From positions 4,604,208-4,659,856 of the forward strand of contig BFEA01000019.1 of the NCBI GenBank assembly GCA_003427395.1: a DNA stretch of 55,649 nucleotides, read 5' to 3'. Shown one piece after another: positions 9,952 to 22,411 of the stretch; position 1 is the first letter of the stretch; the number at the start of each line of letters is the position of its first letter. This stretch comes from Chara braunii (lineage: Eukaryota; Plantae; Charophyceae). The notes under the pieces were generated by a model. That model made no database searches. It was not told the DNA's origin and saw only the letters and a list, made by a program, of their open reading frames with translations. Made by a program: the position numbers and the translations under genes.

Positions 9952-12900
9952 GCCTGTGCAAAACCTCTATCCCAGTCGTGGTAAGAGAACCACTGGGATT
10001 GAGGCTTTGTCTGGTGGGCCGCTCCATCTATTGGTGGGGAGCCTCACTTGCTGGAAACCGGGTCCAGCGTCCCTTAGATACATCTTAAAGTAGTTTCTCT
10101 TTTTCGCCATTGAGCCTGACACCACAGTGCTGGAAACCGGGTCCAGCGTCCCATGTCCGGATTATAACATCCCTTCCTAACCTGAGGTGTGGTCGGGTGG
10201 AGGGGGGGGGCCACCGGGGGGCACCGGTGGAGACTCCCTCCGAAACCCAGCCCCTACCCACCATCTACTGTCCTCGCGGTGCAGGTAAAATGAGAAGGTA
10301 AAATGAGAAGTAAAAAGAACCGGAAAGGACTAAGAAATCTTGCAGGAATATGAATATGAATAGTCTGGAGAGGCTGAAATAAGACTGACATCGACTGCAG
10401 TAAGACTGGAGGAAGGCTGAACAATACTGAACAAAAAAACTGAAACTGAAACTGAACAAACTCATAAGACTGAAGGAAGACTGAACAAGACTGATCAAGC
10501 TCATGACTCAGGTGGCACTTCCTCCAAGGACAAGGGGTGGGGGGTCTGCAAAATCCTGGGCGGGCTGTAACGGGTCTCCCTGATCTACCTTAGTCCATTC
10601 GTGAAAAAACAACCGATAATCTCTTTCAATCTCTACTGGGTGTTCCTCTTGCAGATCTCTCTCCAATTGCTGATCCCCGGCCCACTTTACCTCCGCCACC
10701 CATCCCCCCCTTTCCCCTCCCAACCAGTCCTTGCCAAAGCGGGAGATGATTCGGTTAATATCTCCCCGGGTATGCATTTGATCGAGTTTGTCTTTTGCCG
10801 CCCTCCACTGGGCCGTGAGTTCGTGCTGTACTAATAGCCGTAAGTGTTCCGTGGCCTCTCCATCCTCCACCTTTGCTCCTTCCACCTCTAGGGTGCATCT
10901 CCTCCACCATATGACCCATAGGACAGCGCGTCTTCCTAGGTGAAACATATTCTCCTCAAATGTGTTCCCTTGGATCTGGGGGTAGTACCCCAAGAGTATG
11001 CCCTTCCAGTCCCATGGCCACAACGCTGCCAGAACAATGTGCCGCCAAATCCTATCCCAGCTTCTCCACCATAAACCGCCGCCGGGCACAGGAGGAAGAT
11101 GTGTTCTATTGTCTCAGCACGCTTCTGCCCGGGGAAGCACTGGAGACATCTGTGGCACCACGGTAATGCTCGTCCCTGCTGTTCTAGGCGTGTCTGCTCT
11201 ATTAGCCAATCGTTGATGGGCAGGCATCGATGTTCTATTTGCCACTGCAAGGCAGAGATTTTTGTCGGTCTCTTTCCATAGTGAGCGAACCATCTAATGG
11301 GTTTGAGCAACCTTCACTCTATATTGAGGTGGCGTTACCATCTGTCTTCTATTAACTCTCGCAGTCTACGTTTGGGCCGGAGCATTCGGTAAGCCGATTT
11401 AGATTTTAGATTGACTAGTGTTAATGTCTTTGCCTTCCCCCTATGGATCCTAGCTTCCTGAGACCATCTCCATTCCTCGGGGTCGAAAGGGAGATCTTCG
11501 ATGGGGGTTGTTGGTCGGTATGCCCTCCATCCTCTTCCATCATCAAGTACTCCAATGCCATATACATCCTTTTTCTCTGTCCATATAAAGCGTTGTTGAT
11601 TCCACTGTAATCTGTCATCCTTCTGGATAGAGAAGATTTCGATCAGCACTTGTGTTGGATGGATGAGGTGCACGCGCCCCACTTGCTTATCATGCTTGGG
11701 CAGCCCTACCCAGTCCCCTTCTTTTAGGCAAGGGCCTTTTTGGAGGGTGATGTACCAATGAAGGGGGAAGCTTTCGATGAGTTCTTCCAGGGCTGGTTCT
11801 GTGAAGTGATAGTACCACAGCCATGTGCACATTCTTCTTGTGTTTTTCCAGCACCTTGCCTCCGTGTCCAAAAGGTCCCCTACCCTCCGGACCCCGTGTT
11901 TCACCCAAGCCTTCCATGGGGAGTCCGAGTTACACCTCACGTGGCGCAGTGAGTCCGTGATCAGTCGATTTCCAAACAAGGGTTGTCTGAAGATTTCCTC
12001 CCACCTGTCTGGTGTCTGTCGGTCTGGGGGGGGGGAGCTTCCTCGTATGCAGGAGGCGCAACCATTGTTTATCTGTAGGATCCCCATTCCGATATTTCCT
12101 AAGTAGCTTTCAATATCTCTCTTCGAGCCATACCAGGGGTCAGTTTGAGGCGGAACTTCTGGGGTCAGGGCTGCAATTTGCGCTAGGGCTAAAGGAACCC
12201 ATGGAGAGGTTGATGAGAAGATAATATGTTGGAGCCAGCGAACCGTGAGGGCCTGGAACTGTGTGGTCGGGTCCACAATCCCCAACCCTCGTCTGGCCTT
12301 AGGCTGAATCACCGATTTCCATGCTACTCGGCTGATGGCGTGGGGGTTGTTACTGTCCCCTCTCCATAGGAAGGCCGCCAACTGCTGCTTCAGTGTTTTG
12401 AGCCCTCCATTGCTCATGGGCCATAGAATAGCCTTATACCAAAGTGTACCGAGTACTACATTGTTAATTACCAGAGTCCGCCCAAAAATGGAGGTGTGTT
12501 TGTTGTTCCAACTTTGTAGCTTGGCCTGTGTCGGTCGTGTCAGTCATTCATCATTGGTCATTGGTTCACCCGTAGCCGTAACTAGAGCCCCAAGAATCCT
12601 AAGAGGCTCTTCTGGGGTGAGTCAGGTGACTCGCGGGTTTTCGGTGGCCTTCCCCCTTGGTGGTGTAACCACCATCCTACGGTCTTTTGTCCCCAGTTCA
12701 CGGTCATGTTTGACATTTTCCAGAAACGGCTCATAAGATTCTGGATTTCTTCCATATTGGAGTCCGTTGCCTCCACCATTATAGTGAGGTCGTCTGCAAA
12801 AAGAGAACAGATAGGTATTGTCTCCTCTGGGATATCGGTAATCCTGATCCGTGTAAGATCTTTATTGTGTCTCAGGTTGGCCGACAGTGCCTCCATTATG

Positions 12901-13480
12901 ACCAAGAAGAGATAGGGGGCAATGGGGTCCCCTTGTCTCACTGACCGCTGGAGTTCAAATGGGGGTGCCACCAAACCACTGACTTGCACGCAGGTGGTGG
13001 CATTTTCGTGGAGAATTCTCACCCAACGGCGAAAAGCGGAACCAAAGTTCATTTTTTCTAAATATTTGTCAAGAAAGTTCCAATTGATGTGGTCATAGGC
13101 CTTCTCGAAGTCAATAAATATAATCGCTGCATTTGACCGATTTCTTTGTGCCAGTTGGACCACATCGTTAATCAGCAAGATATTTTCTTGTATATTCTTG
13201 CTGGCCATGAACCCTGTTTGGGCCGGATGTATGATATCTTCCAAGACAGCCGCCGTGCGATTTGCTAGCGCTTTCGAAAGCATTTTGTAAACTACTGTCA
13301 AGAGCGTGATGGGTTTATCATTTCTGATGTTCATTTTGTCCTTTTTTTTTATAGTAGTGTCAGTATGCCCTTTCCCACTGTTTCCCCCATTTCCCCGGCT
13401 TCCCATACCTCCTGGTAATAGTCCCATAAATCCCCCAGCGTTTGTATAGGCAACTTTAGCAGTTTTGAAACAGGGCAAAA
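9921..13480 (-). mobile_element. 5'-truncated L1/Tx1 LINE: RT, C-terminal region, 3'UTR with type A module, poly(A)
   Basis: RT motifs KPITLL, IDFEKAYD, SVRQGDPIAPYLF, SLFADD (12582-13478); zf-RVT LQWQIEHRCLP...CxxC...ETIEHIFLLCP; module 10021-10074; T-run 9921-9948. Confidence 0.95.
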
Positions 13481-13886
13481 AAAAACACCTCTAAATCTGC
13501 ATTCGTGCCACTTCAAGAAAATGGTCACAGTTTCAACCCCCCGCTGGCGCCACTTTGTCTTTTCTTGCCTATTTCAAACTTAAACGGTGACTCAGGAGCA
13601 GTTTCCCTTTTTTTTTTTTTTTTAAGCTTAGGGTGTTATAAGGGCCAAGTACCAAACCCGCGGTGATTATTTATTTTTATTTTTTTTAAACAAAAGGGGC
13701 CCAATGCCCAAGGCTGATATTAATTTTGAGAATATTGAGGCCGGGTCCACACAGTCTACCCGGAGAAGTCCACTAGAGCCTGTATCATGCCTCTTCACCC
13801 TTAATAGGGCGCCAAAAAGTCGTCTCATCCTAGCACATATATCCTCAGATACCTACACGTCTCATTCATATCCATACCATGATCTG

Positions 13887-14632
13887 CAGCGTTGTCATGC
13901 GGGGATCCCTGGGGCCCAAGCCGGGGCAGGGGTTTCACCCCCGGACCCCCGCCCCGGGGCNNNNNNNNNNNNNNNNNNNNNNNNNNNNNNNNNNNNNNNN
14001 NNNNNNNNNNNNNNNNNNNNNNNNNNNNNNNNNNNNNNNNNNNNNNNNNNNNNNNNNNNNNNNNNNNNNNNNNNNNNNNNNNNNNNNNNNNNNNNNNNNN
14101 NNNNNNNNNNNNNNNNNNNNNNNNNNNNNNNNNNNNNNNNNNNNNNNNNNNNNNNNNNNNNNNNNNNNNNNNNNNNNNNNNNNNNNNNNNNNNNNNNNNN
14201 NNNNNNNNNNNNNNNNNNNNNNNNNNNNNNNNNNNNNNNNNNNNNNNNNNNNNNNNNNNNNNNNNNNNNNNNNNNNNNNNNNNNNNNNNNNNNNNNNNNN
14301 NNNNNNNNNNNNNNNNNNNNNNNNNNNNNNNNNNNNNNNNNNNNNNNNNNNNNNNNNNNNNNNNNNNNNNNNNNNNNNNNNNNNNNNNNNNNNNNNNNNN
14401 NNNNNNNNNNNNNNNNNNNNNNNNNNNNNNNNNNNNNNNNNNNNNNNNNNNNNNNNNNNNNNNNNNNNNNNNNNNNNNNNNNNNNNNNNNNNNNNNNNNN
14501 NNNNNNNNNNNNNNNNNNNNNNNNNNNNNNNNNNNNNNNNNNNNNNNNNNNNNNNNNNNNNNNNNGCCAGGGTTGCGGGTGCCCACCCCCGAACCCCCAC
14601 CGGGGCCCCGGGGTCGGGGCTCGACAACCCTG
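13887..14632 (+). mobile_element. hAT DNA transposon copy (interior is an assembly gap)
   Basis: Ends CAGCGTTGTCATG / CTCGACAACCCTG; perfect 8-bp TSD ATGATCTG at 13879-13886 and 14633-14640; GC-rich subterminal CGGGG repeats. Confidence 0.9.
13961..14565. other. Assembly gap (N)
   Basis: N-run. Confidence 1.
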
Positions 14633-17600
14633 ATGATCTGGGAACCATACAAAGATTCGACAAGGGAAAAGGATCCGGGAATTCTGCTAGAGGTCGTGGT
14701 GGGATTGTTGAGTCGACTTCAATCTAGTTGCTAAAAGATAGGCGATGGTCCCCTTGAAATTCCTCCTCGTCCCTTACTTGTCCTCCTTCCCACTTCACCT
14801 ACCCCATTCTCCCTCCCTGATCCCCTCCAGCGAGCTATGATTAAACAACTGGATGTGATGCCAAATCTTCTTCTTGGATGTGATATATTGTATTTTTTCT
14901 TTGACTTTCTCCCATAGAGATAAAATATCAGTTTGAATTGGTTGTTTAATGGTTTCTGTGAACTTCGGCCCATCCACTTGTGCACCTTCCATCTCGTGAG
15001 TATATCGTCTTATCCATATTCCCCGCAATATTGCCCTTCTACCAATAATGAATAAATTTCTTGTGAATTCATCTATATGTTCTGGGTTCCATGACTCAAG
15101 GAGTAACGCTTTTCACTTTCATGGCCAGGTATGAGAACCCAATTGTCGCCAAAACCATACTGCTCCTGGGCATTGGAGGAAGATATGTTCAATGGTTTAT
15201 GGAATGAACCTCTTTTAAGCAAGGAAGTGTTCAGTTTGTGGAACCCAGGCCCTTGATCTGGCCTTTTCCTCATCGTTAGTACTATGCCACATGTCTTGTG
15301 GTCAAGCCCCGGGTGCGGGCTACAAAGGAGTATTAGCGACCATTGTATAGCGCCCTCGAGATCATTAGATAGCAGGATAAGGTCTATTCTAGATTTAGAG
15401 AGGCGTGTCAAGTCGCTATCGCGGATGCATGTGAATGCTCTTGATTAAGGGTGCAGGCGTTGGAATGTATCAAAGACAGAAAGAGCCTCGCAGAGATCTG
15501 CTAACATCTGCTCATCTTCTAATGCCGCGAAAGAGGGGGATTCCTGGGGATTCCATCTATCATGACTTTTATCGGGTGTTGCATTAAAATCTCTGGCGAT
15601 TATTAAGGGTATACCTTCCGGGACTTGCTTTCCCGTCGTCCCCAAGAATTCTCGTCTATCGCTTACTGAGTTTAGTGAATAGATGCAGAGGACACATAGC
15701 AATTTTAATTCCAACATTCCCAAGACAAAAGCTCATCACCCTTCCACTTCGTCCACAGCCCAGTGAATCGGTTGAAATCTAGAATCCGGGGGTATCCAGA
15801 TTGCAACTCCAGTTGAGCCTGGTTTAGGAGCGTGAGCTCTGATGGCAGTTTGAGGCCAGATCAGCTTATGGGCCCTATTATGCTCTGGGGTGTTTTGTAG
15901 GTGAGTTTTCTGTATACAAATTACATCCGGCCACTGCCTACCTCCTATCCCCCTGAGTTGATCCCAAATGGCTTGGTGTTTCTCTGGTTTACTTGATGCC
16001 AGGCCATTAACGTTGATGGAGCGTAGGTTGAGGTCGGCAGCCTCCACGCATTTCTTCCATGCCGGGTTCCTGTAGTATAGTGTATCTAGATCCTCCATTA
16101 CTTTAAGGTTCGTTTCCCGGTTTCACAGTGGAACCCCGGTTTCATAGTGGATGTCATTGTCTGACGTCCCATGTGTCTGAATGTAAAACTTTTTTTCGCA
16201 CAATGTGACATAGGCATTTACATATATCGTCCTCGGGCCAATACTCACTAGCTTTTATCTTAGCGCAGTGTAGACCCAAGAGAGCGTTGTGGCTGTACTA
16301 GCCCAGGTTGGCGGATTTGTTGGATTCGAAAAGTAGGTAGAGGTAATTCCTAGCCATCTGCTCGTTGCACGCCCCAAACCTCGCCCCAAACCTCATGCCT
16401 GCTCTGGCCCCCGGAGTGTAGTGTTTGGGGATGAAGTCGGACATTTGGTTGGTAAAGGCTATATCCCATTACCTCCGATCTCCTCTGTGAGGCGCAAAGT
16501 CCCAGCCGTGTAACGTCACTCCCCTATATACCCCCACCGGGGAGAGGCCTAACTCCCATTTTCCATCCACCTTTCTGAGGGGGACTACCAAGACTCCGCT
16601 TAGTTTAGATAGAGGTAGCTCAAAGAGGCCCCGTTCTATGAGCTGCCTCAACTTAAGTCTGCGTGAAGTCATTCCTTCCTCGGTTGCTTCCCCTCCCTTG
16701 GCCTCCGGGACGTGCACCTTCTGCGCTGGATGATGAGCTACCGGAGGATGAAACCTGCTCTGGGCCACGGCCAGTACCCGCTGGAAGGCCTCTACCCATG
16801 TGAAGTGGGGGGGAGGGCCGGATGTTAATGCGGTCGTCAACGATGGACTGTTGTTCAGGAGCCCTACCAGATCGACATAAGTGTTGTCCCAATATTCTTC
16901 CCCCTCATATGGCCAGTCTGACTGGAGGTGCTTAAGTATCCAGTCGGCCACCACTTGGATTTTCTGATCTAGATCCATCTCTTGTGGGGGGACGTCCGGG
17001 TCAGCTGGATCTTGGCTGGAATCTTCCATTTCCAAATCCGGGGGCGGGAAGGATGTATCCACTTCCATCTGTTGTGCCCCAAAGGCGTCAGAGCAGAAGT
17101 CAGGGGGGAGTGGTCTCACTTCCTCTTGTTCGGATTGTTGCTGTTGCTGTTTTTGTTCTGGCTGACCAGCTTTGGGTTGGGACCGTTGTTATTCTTGTTC
17201 CAGCTGATTGGACCCTTGCTTACCACAGTCATAAATCCAGTTCTCTAATTTTGAAACAAAAGCTCCTAATTCTCATATTTCATATTCTCATCATATAAAT
17301 TCTTAATGTATTTTCTACAAAGTAATCCCTTCAAGAAATTTTCGTTACCTTTATATTAAATAATTACACAACCTCGATTTCTAGTTTGTCATCATAGTTA
17401 AAATTGCAATTCTCTAATTTCCTAAATGGTAACCCTTAAAAATTACAATTCCGGATTTTTTCTGATTAATATTCTGAATTCATAATCGGAAATTCATTTT
17501 GGACATCTTAATTAGAAATTTCAAAAACATTCCAATGTGTTTTTTTTTTAAAAATGTTGTGATTCCTAAGTCCTAAATCTCGTCAATTCTCTAGGGTTGT

Positions 17601-17640
17601 TTTGGCAAGATGGTTTGTTTTTCAACATTTGACCTATTTC

Positions 17641-18650
17641 TTTTCGTCAGAGTTTCATTAGAATTTTGAACAGGGGCCCCATGGGATGGTCAAGTGGAAC
17701 ATCTTGTAGGGTCTTGGGGGATTTGTTTTGAAGTAGGGGGCAAAAGGCATCAAATGTTCTTCGCAAGGACGGAGAGGGGATGGAATCGGGTTTTCTAACG
17801 GGTACCGGCTAGGGGGAGCTCTTATCAGATGAGATTGGCATTGGGTAGTTTAGGTTGTCCAATGGTACCGGCCGATGAGAGTGAGCCTTGGCGCAATTGA
17901 CATTTGTTTCACCCCTTTGAGGACGGAGACTGAAATTCTTGTGGGGGCAAGGAATTTCAGGGTGATGATGGTGCCCACCCTTTGTTGAGATGAGGTTCTC
18001 TGGACTCTTTACGAGGACGGAGTTTGGGAGGACGAATGAGGTTCTTCCTTTCGATGATGGAGGCAAGATTGTTCAGGTTCTTTGTTTCTGGGGTTGCTTG
18101 TTTTCCTGAATTTGTCCTTTTCTCGTCAGAGTTTCGTCAGGGTCTTAACAAGGGCCCCATGGGATAGTCAAGTGAAGTATCTTGTAGGGTTTTGTGGGAT
18201 TTGTTTTGAAGTAGGGGGAAGGGGCATGGAATGATTATTTACAAGGACGGAGAGGGGGATGGAATAGGGCTGCTTGATGGGTACCGGCTAGGGGGAGCTT
18301 TTATCAGATGTGATTAGCGTTGGGTAGTTTAGGTTGTCCGATGGGTACCGACTAATGAGGGCGAGCTTTGGCGCGATTCCGTTGGGTAACGCTAGTTCAC
18401 CCCTTTGAGGACGGAGACTGGAGTTTTTGTGGGGGCAAGGAACTTCGGGGTGATGATGGTGCTCACCCCCTGCTGAGAAGCGGTCCTCTGAAATTCTTTA
18501 CGAGGACGGAGTTAGGAAGGACATATGAGACTGGGATGGAGGGAGTTGGGTTGGATGCGATTGGCGCAAAGTATCTTGATGGGTAACGGTCACTTGCTAC
18601 TAACTTCATCTGGAACAACTTGAGGTTTTTCCTTTCGATGATGGAGGCAT
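17641..18650. repeat. ~480-bp diverged tandem duplication upstream of the deleted LINE
   Basis: tcgtcagagtttc...ggccccatgggat...ggtaccggctagggggagct...ttcctttcgatgatggaggca recurs at 17641-18066 and 18121-18650. Confidence 0.85.
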
Positions 18651-18779
18651 GATCTTTTGTGTTGACTATTCAAGGGGTTGCATGTTTCCATATTTTCCAA
18701 ATTTTACCTATCATCAAAGGGCATCCCTACTCAATTAATCCCTTGGTTTCGGGGACAATCAATGTTGGGGGTTAGCGAG

Positions 18780-18885
18780 GTAAGGGAGGGCAAAGTCAGG
18801 AGTGGGGTGTGCGTAAGCGAGGGGAGAGTTAGGAGTGGGGTGCATGTAAGCGAGGGGAGAGTCAGGAGTGGGGCGCGGGTAAGCG
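18780..18885. repeat. 30-bp minisatellite running into a gap
   Basis: gtaagcgaggggagagt(c/t)aggagtgggg repeated about 3.5 times, then N-run 18886-19015. Confidence 0.85.
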
Positions 18886-19019
18886 NNNNNNNNNNNNNNN
18901 NNNNNNNNNNNNNNNNNNNNNNNNNNNNNNNNNNNNNNNNNNNNNNNNNNNNNNNNNNNNNNNNNNNNNNNNNNNNNNNNNNNNNNNNNNNNNNNNNNNN
19001 NNNNNNNNNNNNNNNAAAA

Positions 19020-19970
19020 ACAAAATGCGTTGGCATGTGAGAAAATTGGAAGTGCCATCTCGGTACTCTGTCCCATTGTCTTTCTGTTGAGAACCAGGGT
19101 CGCCACTGAACGTTGTTACAATCGTCCAGGAAGCACAACCTCCTGTTTTTGTCTGTCCAAGTGACTGAAGAAGATTTGGGTGATGAGAAAACACCGGGGC
19201 TGGATTCCTTCACCAAGGAATTCTGTGCGGTTTTGGGACCTATTGGGTGAAGACCTTATGGAATACATACGGGCGGTGTAGAAGGAGGGATCCTTGGGAG
19301 TCATGATGGGACAAGGAGTAACTACCTTTCTGTACAAAAAAGGGGATAAGGAAGACATACGAAACTATAGGCCCATCACTCTCCTTCCTGTCCCTCTTCA
19401 ACATAATATTGGCCGAGGCCGATCTATGAAAGATTTGTACCCAATGGCTGAACACTGGCCTAAAGTTCATTTTAGTAATGCACATATCAAGGAAATCCCA
19501 GTCAACATAATCATAGGCCTTAACGTTTTCAAAGTCGATCAAAAGGACAGCAACTTGGAGTTTATGTTGTCTGAGATATTTGATGGTCTCGTTGACCAAC
19601 AAGACATTATCCTGGATTCATGCCCAATTGCAATATCCAGGATAATGTCTTGTTGGTCAACGAGACCATCAAATATGCCAGACAACATAAACTCCAAGCT
19701 GCTGTACTTTTCATCGACTTTGAAGGCCTATGATCATGTTGACTGGGATTTCCTTGATATATGCATTACTAAAATGAACTTTGGGTCAGTGTTCAGCCAT
19801 GGGTACAAAGATCTTTCATAGATCGGCCTCGACAAATATTATGTTGAACGGCCACCTGGCTGCCCCGTTCCCCCTTAAGACGTCGGTGCGACAAGGGGAT
19901 CACATAGGACCCCTCCTCTTCATTATTATCATGAAGACTCTCGCATCACTCATTAGAACGCACTCACAGA
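19020..19970 (+). mobile_element. LINE RT fragment, 5' part, containing a fold-back inversion; continues at 30454
   Basis: GQGVTTFLYKKGDKEDIRNYRPITLL; KAYDHVDWDFLD; SVRQGDHIGPLLFII. Confidence 0.9.
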
Positions 19971-21634
19971 CAGGGTTGTCGAACCTCGGCCCCGGGACCT
20001 CGGCGAGGTTCTGGGGGTCCCGGGGTGAGCACCCGGAACCCTAGTGCGGGTAGGGAAAAATAAAAAAATTAAAAAAAATGGGGGGTGCGCACCGCCGTCA
20101 TGCAGCCCTTGACATTTTCTGGTTGATGAAGAAAATGCCCCAACATCGGGTCCCCGCCGGGGCCGCGGACCCCCCTTGGCGGGTGCGGGGTTGCCCCAGC
20201 GCAGGGGCGGGGACAGGTAGGTGGGCGGCGGTGCCAAGGTTGCTGAGCCGGTGCAGCAGGGGGCGGAGGTAAGTTGCAGGGCATCATCGACGCGGGGCCC
20301 CGGGGCCCCGGGGTCGCGGGGGTCATCAATCGCCGGGGCCGGGGGTATTCGATGGGGCGCTCTGGTGGGGTCCCGCCTGGGGTTGATGGCGGGCGCGGGT
20401 CAGGGTGGGGTCGGGGTGCGGGGTTCGGGGGCGGTGGCGGGGTGCGGTGTCGAGGCGAAATGCGGGATGGGGGGTCGGGGACACTGGGCGGGATGCGGGG
20501 GTTGGGCCCGAGGTCATGGCTGTGGGGCCGGGGAGACAGGGCGGGGTGTGGGGGTTGGGGCCGGGGTGTCGGGCGTGGGGCCGGGGTGTTGGGGCGAGGT
20601 GACGGGGCGGGGTTGCGGGTTGTGGGCCGGGGACGTGGAGGGTGGCCCGGATAGCCAGGATGGAGCCCATGCGGGGTAACAACACCATGGGTTGGTGAAG
20701 CGGGAGCACTGCAGTCTGCAGGCCCTGCAGGGCCTTGGCCCCTAGGGGTGGAGGGCCCTGGGGCACTGCAGTCTGCAGGGCCTGCAGCCTCCAGAGCCCC
20801 GGCCCCTGGGATAGGGCCCAGTGGCTCAGTGGCTCACCAAAGTAAGAAGTGAAGACCGCCGTGGTTGGCGGCACTACTTCACGTTGCGCGAGTAGGGTAG
20901 CAGTCTAGTAGACTACTCATAGTGCCGTGGTACGGGGTAGTTGGTGAAGTTGGTGTTGTGGTGTCGAGGCAAATTCCCTGACAAGGGTATTTGTCAGGGT
21001 ATTTCTCGGGGTTTTTCAACATCGAACGTTGTCCGACTCTTTCGTTGGATAAAAGGACCTGATGAGATTGACGTCTGCCAAAACATTATTCAGACTAAGC
21101 CTATAACCGAGAGACTAAAAATTTTCTGAACTTTCGATCAAGCTCCTGCGTGACATGGTCGGGAGAGCTCCCACCACTTTGCAAAGAGGCGGGAGCCGAT
21201 GCGCTCGACAGCGGGGCTCGGGGTACTGCAAGTTTCTGCAACCGATGTACACCGTATGTTGAGGTCTTTTTTTAATTATTATTCATGCTCATCATAATCG
21301 ACTACTAAACATTGCGCTCCATCCACCATTGATTAAAAAAAAAAAAAAAAGTAAACATTGCACTAATATAAAAAAATAATTATTCGCAAGAAATAAGATG
21401 CAGTATTATGTCAGAGCAGTCAAACTGCCAGTGTGTGCACGATAATGGAGGTTTATACAACACTCCACCTGACACAAGTTACACAACAAACGTTTCCAAA
21501 TGCAGTATACAATAATACATTGCATGATTGCGCTGAATGCGCAGATATACAAATAACAAACAATCGCAAGAGACCAGAAACAAGGTAAAAATATTGCATT
21601 GAACATATGCACAATTCTTATGAATTTGGTTGTC

Positions 21635-22337
21635 TGTCGGTTTTCACCAACACTCACACATAGACAATCTCACGCACGCCCATACATGCATAAGAAGAAG
21701 GGGAGAGGAGACAGAGTACACACTACACACAGACAAAGTAAGCAACGGAAACCACTATGCACATGTGTGGACATAACACTGGGTGTTTCTCACTCTCTAA
21801 CAGTACTCCCAAGAGTCCCAACAACCAATCACAAGAAAACACCTGCGAGGATAACAAAAGAACAGTCAAAGATTGAACCGATCTGAACCAATATCGTTAC
21901 ATAGTCCCAAGTTTCTCTCAACTCTAGTGACCTAATTCTATTAATACTAATTTAATAGAGTAGCCTAGACCTGGACACACTGGACCGACCGGCAACCGGT
22001 ACCGTTTCAGTTTTGGCCTCTATGGCCTCTACCTGCCCGACTATAGGCTCTCACGCTACGGGCCTAGGCCATAGGGCCTCCGGTCCTGGTGATAGCCTTG
22101 GCCTGCTATTCGCAGTGCAGCCTAGGGGAACTATGGGCCCGTAATTCTGAGAAATTACTGATATGTCCCTTACGACTTTCCCTCAGTATTGAACTCTCGG
22201 TTAGTCCCTGACCCAAACAAAATTATGAATCTAACCCTCGCTGAGTCTTTGTTACTATACAGCCTCGCAGTTAGGTCTCGACTGTAAAAATCAGCAAGTC
22301 ATTGTACAACATCAAACCGTGTGGCCAGCCTAAAACC

Positions 22338-22341
<4 letters not shown>
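21635..22341. mobile_element. Probable solo LTR nested in the hAT element
   Basis: Termini TGTCGGTTTT / AAAACCAACA (TG...CA, 9/10 inverted match); non-coding; no clean 5-bp TSD, only gtc shared. Confidence 0.45.

Positions 22342-22342
<1 letters not shown>

Positions 22343-22407
<65 letters not shown>
22343..22407. repeat. (TC)n microsatellite
   Basis: Directly visible. Confidence 0.95.

Positions 22408-22411
<4 letters not shown>

Larger units (their letters stand above)
13670..17240 (-). mobile_element. Internally deleted L1/Tx1 LINE (ORF1 3' half and APE fused to zf/C-terminus; RT missing), type B 3'UTR, interrupted by a hAT element
   Basis: ORF1 at 16150-17240; APE NLRSINVNGL...ICIQKTH (15736-16098), IIARDFNA, SRIDLIL, GLDH; junction near 15200 runs directly into TIEHIFLQCP; 3'UTR resembles 43140-43345; T-rich tail ~13670-13686. 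Confidence 0.85.

Noticed and set aside
13704-14734. Long ORFs spanning N-runs (also 18678-19216 and 52601-53058)
   Set aside because: Artefacts of assembly gaps
20069-20874. Gly/Pro/Arg-rich ORFs (also 29152-30055)
   Set aside because: GC-rich hAT subterminal repeats lack stop codons by composition
20872-20924. CACTA transposon terminus (cacta...tagtg)
   Set aside because: Only a 5-bp match, no extended TIR and no 3-bp TSD
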